This document shows, piece by piece, positions 24,715 to 35,500 of a DNA stretch of 64,000 nucleotides; position 1 is the first letter of the stretch; each line of letters begins with the position of its first letter. The notes under the pieces are model-generated. The model ran no database searches, had not been told where the DNA came from, and saw only the letters and a program-made list of their open reading frames with translations. This DNA comes from Leucoraja ocellata. Lineage: Eukaryota. The DNA lies in contig JAWMAR010000013.1 of NCBI GenBank assembly GCA_036785375.1, forward strand, positions 1,426,001-1,490,000, in the 5' to 3' direction. Position numbers and translations under genes: made by a program.

Positions 24715-25025
24715 AGACATCTTAACCACCATCCCTGGCAGCGTATTCCAGGCACCCACCACTCTGTGTATAGAAAACCTGACCCACACATCTCCTTTAA
24801 ACTTTGCCCCTCTCATACTAAAGCTATGGCCTCTGGTCTTTGACATTTCCAACCTGGGGAAGAGTATTCTGACTGCCCGAACTATGCATTTCTTAATTTT
24901 ATAAACTTCTATCTTGCCTTCCCTCAACCTCCAACACTCCAGAGAAAACAATCCAAGGCTATCCAATCTCTCCTTGTAGCCATTACCCTTTGATCCTTGC
25001 AGCATTCCAGTAAACATCTTTGGCA
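24715..25025 (-). mobile_element. CR1 LINE 3' fragment
   Basis: ERLDSLGLFSLE...KTRGHSF...RVVGAWNTLP inside ORF 24367..25092. Confidence 0.8.
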
Positions 25026-25339
25026 GCCTCTCCAAATATATTATGTTGGAAAGCACAGAGTATCCTTGAACTGTGAGACTGAATTGTCCCAAGTGCAGGA
25101 TAAAACTCTCTGCACTCTCTCTGCAGTGGTGACAACGTCACAATGTGTATGGGGATCATCAAAGACTGGACCCAGGACATCTTGGGTATATGCACTCTTG
25201 CTGCCTTCCTCAATAAACCATACCGATGTGTTCTGCATCTCATTGTCTCCCTGTCTGAGAGTCTGAATTATTGGGGAAGAGGTATGGGTGTTGGTGCAGA
25301 GAGAGCTTCACTTTGTGCCTGACCCCTTTTTCTTAACAA

Positions 25340-27510
25340 TGAGCTTTTATTTCATATTCACAATTAACATGGTATTGCATTAATCAAAACTGCTATTCAT
25401 GCAGTGTGCAAACAAATAACCATCAAATCATAACATTGTCAAACATATCCACGATGCACTCGAACCCCCGGAGCATATACCATTCCTGGAACGGTAAATG
25501 CTGGTTTAAACCGTAGACACAAAATGCTGGAGTAAGTCAGCAGGACAGGCAGCATCTCTGGAGAGAAGGAATGGGTGACGTTTCAGGTCGAGACCCTTCT
25601 TCGGTAAAATGGTCACCCATTCCTTCCCGCCTTGCTGTCTCTCGCGTTGAGTTACTCCAGCATTTTGTGTTTATCATTCCTGGAAGACCTCCAAAGACCT
25701 AGTGCTCCCTCTCCAGGGACACGTGGGTGTGGACAAAGATCCGGAAGAGAGGCAGGCAGTCAACTCTGATAGAACCCTCGACTGCCTGGCCACCTTGACC
25801 AGACCGAGGAGCAAACCGACAGGGAGATTCCCCCAACGACCCATCCCCTCTGTATCTGGTGACCAAAGATCAGGAGCGCTAGGGTGAAATGCAGCCAAAA
25901 CTAGAGCAGGAGCACCTTCAGACATTCAAACAGGGGTTTCAATCACCCACACCCCATACATACATGATACACAGACTCCTCCAACCCACAGAAGTGACAA
26001 ATGGCTGGCAAGCCCATGAAAGTTGTTGCCCAACTTAAAAATCCATTACACAGCACTGCTCTGTGCAATAATCTGCACCCCATGACCCTGATAAAAAGGG
26101 GGAGGACTTGCTTGTAGAGAGACCTCCATTGGGGACCCACCTCACTGTCAGATGGTAAAATCGACTGTCATGGCGTGTTGGAACGGAAGACAAGGTCAAA
26201 GAAGTGTAGAGTGTGCAGGAGCCCATACAATGCCCACGCATATCTCTAAGAAGACCTGAAAAGGGACGCAGCCGGGCAACAACTTTGTCTCCTACCTGTT
26301 CGCCGGCCATGTGTCTTCAGTGGGATTCAGATACACTCCCAGGTGGAGGTGGTGCCTGGTGGCCCATGCAAACAGTCTCATCTCCTCCGGCAAGGGGTCC
26401 ACCCGCCACTAACCCACCAATAGTCCATAACATTTCCCCAGTTCCTGGCGGAAGACACGGCTGGGAAAATCCGTTGACACTCAAACATCCGTCGCAGGTC
26501 AACGGGGTCATGTCACCGGTGAAGACCAAGAAGACCATCTGCATAACCACCCACGCCAGACTTCTCTCTTCCGAAGACGAAACAGAAATGGCTCCGCATA
26601 GACCAAATACAACTCACTAGATATGGGACATAGAAACAAGGAACTGCAGATGCTGGTTTACACAAAAGGACAGTGTTGGAGAAACTCAGCAGGTCAGGCA
26701 TCATATCTGGAGAACGTGGACCGATGGTTCCGACCCCGAACATCACCTATCCATGTTCTCCAGAGATGCTGCCTGATCCGCTGAGTTACTCCTGCACTTT
26801 GTCCTTTCAGATACGAGGCGTCCTGGATGCATTTCCCTTCCAAACTGAAGTGGTACCATCAAGGAGCCATTAACCTTTACAAGGCACTCTGCACCAGTGT
26901 ATAAAAGCTGGAAAAAAAGCATAAAATGTGGCTCTAGTCCAAAATGTGTCGTTCCAAAAAGAGAAACATGATCCACTCTGTGAAATGCCCTCGTCTGTTT
27001 AAGGGAGAGAGAGCAACTGACTGATCAGTCCTCTGGGACAGGTGCTTCAGGTCCCAGACCAGATGGATGTTGTCTTGTCCGGACCAGCAAGGGACCATGT
27101 AGCACTAGTCAGAGTGAATTACTTGGGAGGACACACGGTGCCCAGACGATTTGCCTTTGATTGTGAAAAGACCTGATATTCCGTGCTGAGGTGACCGTGC
27201 ACTGGTTCCTCAAAAGGCAGAGATCACCTCTTCTTGTGCAACAGGACAGTCCTGTGCTGTGAGATGGACATCCCCCCAATTGCCAGGCTCCCGTTCAGGA
27301 CCTTCATGCAACTGCCCCCCTGGAAGGCTCTAAGAAACTCCACCGTCAGGCTCTCCAGCCCAGGGATGCCTCTCCTGAGTTGGTTGAGAGCACCGGCCAA
27401 CTACTCTAACATTATGGGCACATCTGGGTTTTCAGCAACCCCTGTTGTGCTGTTGGTAGGCCCTCCCACGAGACCCTTTGCACATCCTCAGCCGACAGAT
27501 CTGACGGGAG
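25340..27510 (-). mobile_element. Decayed L1-Tx1 clade LINE ORF2 (RT N-terminal part and C-terminal zinc knuckle), with nested Penelope-type insertions
   Basis: PGLESLTVEFLRAF...KANRLG...QDNIHLVWDL at ~27050-27480; WRSLYK...RLLHRAVLCN...CHFCGLEESVYHVCMGC in ORF 25943..26140. Confidence 0.75.
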
Positions 27511-27534
27511 TTTGGGAAACAATAACTATACATA

Positions 27535-27907
27535 CAAACATGAAAATAGGTGCAGGAGTAGGCCATTCGGCCCTTCGAGCCTGCACCGCCATTTAATATG
27601 ATCATGGCTGATCATCCAACTCAGTATCCTGTACCTGCCTTCTCTCCATACCCCCTGATCTCTTTTGCCACAAGGGCCACATCTAACCCTCTTAAATATA
27701 GCCAATGAACTGGCCTCAACTACCTTCTGTGACAGAGAATTCCACAGATTCACCACTCTCTGTGTGAAAAATGTTTTTCTCATCTCGGTCCTAAAAGACT
27801 GTCCCCTTATCCTTAAACTGTGACCCCTTTTTCTGGACTTCCCCAACATCGGGAGCAATCTTCCTGCATCTAGCCTGTCCAACCCCTTAAGAATTTTGTA
27901 AGTTTCT
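27535..27907 (-). mobile_element. CR1 LINE 3' fragment
   Basis: ETYKILKGLDRLDAG...[13 protein letters not shown] plus tail; very similar to the 20545 copy. Confidence 0.9.
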
Positions 27908-28359
27908 AAAGTGGATACGTTCACCAGTTCGGTGGCACAGACCAATGGTCTGCCCTGGATGAACTGCGTGATCCAGAAGAGAGCCGAGAGCCTTGAGAGG
28001 AAAGCTGAGGAACAGCAGCACCTGGGTGGCAGATGCTGGTTCGAGGACCGACACAAAAGGCGCTCCGAGCAAGGCCAGGCATCAGCTGCACACCAGGCAA
28101 GGGGCATCATGCTGACTGCCCTCCTGTGCCCAAAACCCACTGCTGATTTTATCCTGGGTCAATTACTCCTGCTGGTTATTTATGCCCAAAACATACCATT
28201 CACACGCACGCCTGCAATGCTGCTGCTCTTGTCGTCAGGGACGTGAACGCAAAGGAGCTGTGTTCGACCGAGGATTGTAAATTAAATTTACAATCTGGTG
28301 GTTACCCAGCTGGTTATAAAAGCTTTACACCCAACAATTAGATAGTAATCATTATATTT

Positions 28360-28365
28360 TTTATT
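28360..28365 (-). terminator. Candidate RABL6 polyadenylation signal (AATAAA)
   Basis: tttatt on the plus strand ~950 nt past the stop codon in an AT-rich stretch. Confidence 0.45.
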
Positions 28366-29311
28366 TGAATCTGCCTTTAATTACACAGGTTATTGATTTT
28401 GTTCAATTCTGTGGAAATGGATATCAGGGCCACACACAGGGGTCCCTGTGAAACAGGGTTAGTCACCTGAAGGGGCTACACTCATTCACAAAATGGCCAA
28501 CCCCAACATGCCTGAGAGAGTGACGGGATGCCGTAAATGGATGGCACAGTCTTCGACAGCTCAGCGGTTTGAAGAGACAAGGGCAGTGATTAAGGACTTA
28601 AGGATACGGTCACTGCAACGTGAAAGGAAAGGATGACAAATTGGGGTGGGGGAAGCGGGAAAATATATATCTTTAAAGAATCTTTGATTCATATGATTCC
28701 TAAACTGCCTGAGTGTATTACAAAATTTAAAGGCACTGGGCCAAATTCCAGGGCGGATCATTGGTCTGTGCCACCGAACTGGTGACCGCGTCCACTTTGG
28801 ATAGGAGAGGGTGCTGAGCTAGTCTTATCTGGGCACAAGCCCGTGAATGAGCAGCGAGCAGGAATGACGGGGTGCCTGCAGTCAGAAGAGATTCCAAAAG
28901 CAGGTGGTAGAAATGCATCACGTCCTGCCAAAGACGGGCTTTACTAAAGACTAAAATCACCCGTTTCAACTTCAAAGAGTCCACCCATTTCTCGAGAAAC
29001 ATGAGTAAAGTTAAGCTGCCACCAGGGCTTGTTTTGAGCTCAAAGGCGGTTGACGTAAATTGCCAGGTCAGATCAGACATGCGAGAGCTCAGCTCCTCCT
29101 GCATCGATACACATTCAACACATCTGTCCCGGCTCTGGGGAATACTTACACTAACCCGTAAAGGAGGTGAAGTGGAACAAGGAGAGCTTGGGACAAACAG
29201 TTTCTGCCACAAAACCAGGGCACATGCTTTGCACCAGTGTTAGAGAGACGTTTAAAATGTGGAATGAACAGGGCTGTAACACCACGACAAACAACAGAAC
29301 CGGCGGCCAGT

Positions 29312-29548
29312 CTATAGCTCCTCGTAGTCTCCTGCTCCCCTGCTCCTCGCATGACTATCGCCGCTGCTGATCAGAAACTTTTCCGAATTGTCCACATCCG
29401 CATCAGCTTTGTTCTTGGCCTTCTTCTTCTTTTTCTTCTTCTCCCCATCGGCTGCTATCTCTTTCTCCTTCTTCTGCCTCTCCTCTGTTGCTTCCTTCTC
29501 TTTGCTTCTCTTCGGCTTGTGTTTCTTTTTCTCCATTTTCTCATCGTC
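29312..29548 (-). CDS. RABL6: RABL6 last coding exon ([13 protein letters not shown]...GAGDYEEL*)
   Basis: 237 nt, ttttatag| acceptor, conserved C-terminal GDYEEL, TAG at 29312-29314. Confidence 0.94.
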   Translation of the reverse strand, partial: DDEKMEKKKHKPKRSKEKEATEERQKKEKEIAADGEKKKKKKKAKNKADADVDNSEKFLISSGDSHARSRGAGDYEEL

Positions 29549-32500
29549 CTATAAAAGCAGAATGTGAGCTGGTGTTCAGAGACAACCCCGCTGTGAGGCA
29601 CTGGAAAAGTTCCTGAAATACTGATACATAGAAAATAGGTGCAGGAGGAGGCCATTCGGCCCTTCGAGCCAGCACCGCCATTCAATGTGATCATGGCTGA
29701 TCAGCCACAATCAGTACCCCGTTCCTGCCTTCTCCCCATATCCCTTGATACCGCTAGCTCTAAGAGTTCTATCTAACTCTCTTTTGAATGCTTCCAGTGA
29801 ATCGGCCTCCACTGTCTACTGAGGCAGAGAATTCCACAAATTCACAACTATCTGGGTGAAAAAGTTTTTCCTCATCTCTGTTCTAAATAGCCTACCCCTT
29901 ATTCTTAACCTGTGGTGCCTGGTTCTGGACTCCCCCAACATCAGGAACATGTTTGCCGCATCTAGCATGTCCAATCCCTTAATAATTTTACATGTTTCTA
30001 TAAGGTTCCCTCTCAAAATTCAAAATTCGAGTGAAAACAAGCTCAGTCGTTCTTTCATGATATGACACTCCTGCCAACCTGGGAATTAACCTCGTGAACC
30101 TACGCTGCACTACCTCAATAGCAAGAATGTCCTTCCTCAAATTAGGAGACCAAAACTGCACACAATACTCCAGCTGTGGTCTCACCAAATGACTGTATGC
30201 ACGTAAATAGATTTATTTATTGCTCATATTTATGTCGCTTTTCTAGGGAGATGCAAACTGCATTTCGTTGTCTCTGTACTGTACACTGCACAATGACAAT
30301 AAAGTTGAATCTGAATCTGCAAATTTGCTAATGTTACTTTTAATTCCTTCATCTAAATCATTATATATTGTAAACAGCTGCTGCCCCAGAACCGAGCCTT
30401 GCGGCATCCCACTAGTCACTGCCTGCCATTCTGAAAGGGACCCGTTAATCCCAACTCTTTGTTTTTTGTCCGCCAACCAATTTTCGATCCATGTCAATAT
30501 CCTACCCCCCAATACCATGTGTTCTAATTTTGCCCACTAATCAAAGGCTTTCTGAAAGTCCAGGTACACTACATCCACTGGCTCTCCCTTATCCATTTTA
30601 GTTGTTACAGCCTCAAAAGATTACAGATTAGTCAAGCATGATTGTTATCCAAATCCACCATTACATCTTTTATAATTGACTCCAGCATCTTCCCCACCAC
30701 CGATGTCAGGCTAACTGGTCTATAATTCCCTGCTTTCTCTCCCCCTCCTTTCTTAAAATGGGGGATAACATTAGCTACCCTCCAATCCACAGGAACTGAT
30801 CCAGTATCTATAGAACATTGGAAAATGATAACCAATGCAAGCAGTTTCATCAACTCTACCCCAACCTTTGATTGCTACGTTCCCCACATTGCAACTTCGG
30901 CTAAACTTCAAAAGTACTTCAGTAAATATTTCAACATTGTGCATATATTTCAATGAGCATGAATCTTTTCAGGAGGTGCAGGTGCTGCAGACATGCATGC
31001 ATTAAAAAGGATGCAAATAAACAAAAATATTAAATTCCAGGTGAAAATGTGTCCATGATATTGGTCCTTCCATGAGCTAGGGTATTGTCCGATTCACCTC
31101 TTCCCCATTGTTGACATTGGACTTTGTCTATGGAACTGGAGTGCTACAAGGCTGAGAACTATATTCTGCGCTCTGTATCTTTCCCTTCACTCTACCTATT
31201 GTACTGGAGTTTGGCTTGATTATATTTATTTACAGTATTATGTGATTTTTTTATTGCCTGGTATGTAAATAAAGCTTTTCACTGTACGTCAGTACACGGG
31301 ACAATAATAAACTTAAATCCAATTGTTGAGATGGAACAGCTATAATACTGGTATCGTTTATAATGGTATTGAAAAGGTCTGCGGAGTGCTATAGCTTTCA
31401 GCATCAGAACTCTGACGTGAATTAAACCCATTTAGCACTCTTGACACTTCTCCATCCAGGATCTGGCTCGACAGAACTGAGGGAACCAGCAATAAGCAAT
31501 CGTCGTAGGCCATTAACTGGATGAGCAAACTCTCTGGTTTTGGTGAACTTTGCTACAAAAGCCTAATTTCTCCACAGCCCAACCCAAAGCTCCTTCAGTG
31601 TTTATAGACCCAAAATACTGGAGTAACTCAGCAGGTCAGGCAGCATCTCCGAAGAAAAGGAATAGGTGACGTTTCGAGCCAAGACCCTTCATCAGACCGA
31701 GACTCAGGGAGGGGGACACTGGAGGTGTCAGTGTTTGGATGTTCCAGAGGGCCACACAGTCAATCAAGTACTTTTGAAGTGTAGTCCATTTTGTAAGGCA
31801 GCAAAGGCAGCAATTTGCAGTCAGCAAGGTGCCGCACACAGCACTGGGATAACGATCACACAATCAGTTGTAAGTAATATTGGGTGAAGGACAAGTATCT
31901 ACAGCAACATTCAGATAACTGCTCTGCTTCCCTTGGGAATGATCACAGGATCATTTAGCTCAGTTGAATAGGCAGATGGGCCTTGCTTCAATACCATGCA
32001 CCCAGGTCAGCAGGGCATTGGATTGCAAGACCCGAGTACAGGTTAATGCCCCTGACGTGGGACCAATCATTGATCTTCCACTTTGAGCAATTGTTCCTTC
32101 CTCCCTACTTCCCACCTCAACAGCTACTCCGTACTTTCTGGGTTCCTGTCTTCAGAATATACAACAGCGCAATGATTATTCATTGGTATGGAAAACAATG
32201 CAACTTGCTCACATTTTTCTTCTTTTTCTTCTTGTCTTTCAAGGAAGCCTTGCTCGTTTTTTCTGTTGAGAAATTCAAAGACAATCGGAGTCAGCTGTGA
32301 GCTGGTAACAATAATCCAGGTTAAACTCAGCAATAGGGAGGGTCCCTGGTGAGAGGAGTGTGTGACTAGCAGGTTAGTAAGAATGCAGGGCACATCACTG
32401 AAACTCCACTTTACACCGAGAATACAAGCAGGCGACATCTGCAGAATTAGGAATTACAGGTGGTGTATGAATAACTGTGGGAAGGATAAATCTTGCCATC

Positions 32501-35500
32501 AGAGGTGAGTGCCCCGCAATAAGGTAACAATGGCAAACTTGAAAGGTGCGGTTATCTAAGCATTGGTACAAGAACAAACCCAGCATTAAAATTGTCATTA
32601 AAGGCCAAAATGGTTTTTGTGCACAACCTCATGCTATCACCTTCATCAGTGCTCTCCAGGGCAGCGGGGCTTTTGTTGCTGATGCCCAGGCCAAAGATGT
32701 CCAGGTTATCGGTCCTCTTCACGACCCGCACCAGGGGTTTCACTGGCGTGCTGGGTTGAGCCGAGTCAAAATCATCGTCAGAGAGCTCGGAGCTGTCCTC
32801 TCGAACAGGAAACTCCTCCTGCCGAAAATGGGTGAGGAATCAGGGCAACACAAACAAAGGAAAAGGAGAGCGCATTCAGAAAAATTAAAATCAGGCGATC
32901 CACGGGGGTTGCAACCAGGCCCTGTTCCAGAGTGTAGTGTCACCCAGGGCTCTCATCTTCAGTCAGAATCTGTGGATCATATTGCCACCCCACAGATTTC
33001 AGCCTAAACCCCGGGACAAGACACAAGGGTTGTAGAGAAGGTATGGCACAACCACAGGCATCATTCAAATTGGGTGGCAAGGCCTCTCAGTGGGTGAGAG
33101 GATGGAAAATCTGAAATTGGAAGTAATAGGCGAGTTCTCCTTGGTGTCGGTACCAATATTCATTCTCCAATGATGTCTCCGTTGACACCCTGGGCCCCTC
33201 CCCCTCACAGTTACACACTTGGAACTAAATGCTATGCATTGGAACTCAGCAACCGTTTGTATACTTGTCATCAATGAGCAGGCAGCATCACTGGGAATGA
33301 TCAGGAAACACCATTCCCTATACAAAGCTCGATTAGTTTTCCCACTCAAGCTTGCTTTGGGAATGTTTTGCTGATTCTGTCTGAAATTGAAGTCATTTTA
33401 TTCCATTGCACAATTCCCTCCCCCTGATAACTCCAAAATCAAAGACACGGGGACAAAAACTTATCCACAAACTTACAAGTTTTGGTCTTTTCTCAGAATC
33501 GTCACTCTCAAAGTCAGGGTCATCCTGTACATAGGAGAGCAGCTGCTTGCCGATCAGCCCTTCACGGTCGCTCTCAGACGACTCTCTGCATTCGTCTGCC
33601 CGAGCTTTGCTCAGGTCTTTGCCTTCCGTCATATGTAGTGGACCTGGCACCGGGGCTAGTACCGGGGTTAGTACAGTTGTCAAAGAGATGGGGGACAAGA
33701 GGGCATTGCCAGGCTGGCCCATAGGTTGGATGAGAGCAGGAGAGATAATGCCGGAGCTATGTTCAGTGGCTTTGGTTGAGAATCCGTCTTGGGATGTTAA
33801 CAGATTTTTGGAAGGCCTGGAAAGGAAAAATAATGTGCACAACGGGTAATTTTGTTGCCTGCTCAATTTTATCATTACTTCTCAATAATAAACTCCGAAC
33901 TTAGGTTGCTGGAGAAGAAATTTAGGCAGCGAGGCTTATTTGGACAATGTTAACAGAGAATATTGATTCCTTGATTCAGATGCTTCTGTATTTCAGGCAT
34001 AAAACATTTAGGATGTCATGGATGGAATTTAAGGAAAAGAAAGAAGTAAATTCGGTGTGAGAAAAATGGGAAAGAATAATATTCATTAAGTGGAAAATAA
34101 AAAATAAAAGTTGCAGTTGCTAGAAATCTGAATGGACAGTTTTGGCTCGGGACCCTTAATCTGGACCACTTCTAAATTCCCTCAGTGGATTGCTTATCAG
34201 ACGTTAGGCACTAGGGCTGGTTATAGTCATAGAGTCTTAGAGCGTGGAAACAGGTCCTTCAGACCAACTTGCCCACACTGGCGAATATGCCCCATCTACA
34301 CTAGTCCCACCTGCCTGTGTTTGGCCCATATCCCTCCAAACCTGTTTTATCCATATACCTTTCTAAATGTTTCTTAAACGTTGCACCAGTACCTGCCTCA
34401 ACTACCTCGTTAATCTATTCCTCTCATGATTTTGTACACCTCATTAAAATCACCCCTCATCCTCCTGCACTCCAAGGAATAGAGTCCTAGCCTGCTCAAC
34501 CTCTCCCTATTGCTCAGACCCTCGAATCCCAGCAACATCCATGTAAATCTTCTCTGCGCCCTTTCCAGCTTGACAACATCTTTCCTAGGATACGATGCCC
34601 AAAACTGAACACAATACTTTAATGCGGCCTCACCAACCTCATACAACTGCATATCTTATCTCAATGCTCTGGCCGATGCCTTTTTGACCACCCTATCTAC
34701 CTGTGATGCCACTTTCAACAAACTATGTACCTGTACTCCTATATCCCTCTGCTCCTCAACACTCCCCAGAGCCCTATCGTTTACCATGCAAGTCCTGCCC
34801 ATCTTAGTGCTCCTAAAATGCAACACCCCACATTTTTCTGTATTAAATTCCATCAACCATTTCTCAGCCCATCTGATCAAGATCCTGTTGCAATTTGTGA
34901 CAATCATCCTCACTATCGACAAAACCACCCACTTTTGTGTCAACCCACTGGTTATCTCTATGTAAGAAGCTGTGACTCCAACCTTAGCATTGTATATTTC
35001 CTTCCATTCCCCAGTAATGAAGTACTGACCTTTTTAATGGATCCATATTCCTGGCGACTTTTGCATTTTCATCTTCGTCACTGGACAGGGTTATATCTTT
35101 ACTGGGAACGTGCGATTTCACACTGGGCTTCTGTAGCACCTGGTCATCAAAATCCAAATCATCCTGGAAGCCAGCGACCATGGGATTGCCCTGCCTCTCT
35201 CCCTCACTGCAGCAGAGAAAGACGGGCAGGGTCAGTGGATAATACAGCTGGTCAACCATTTGCATCACAAAGCCGGCACATCACATGTGTTCCCGGCACT
35301 CTGCACATGACCACACCCTCCACACAGTGGTCTCTGATGGACTTGTGCTAACTAAGCACATCAGTGCCTGTGACCTCCCACCTATGCCCCATGTCCCCTG
35401 TGCAAGCCCCACCATATTTGTCTTTCCAAAGACTCCAATCACTTCGTGGTCATCACTGTGAGGCTGCCAATTTACTTCACCTCATTCGTAAACCCTTCAC

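Noticed and set aside
24367-25092. Longest ORF in the track (241 aa)
   Set aside because: Chance fusion of a CR1 fragment with non-coding and minisatellite sequence
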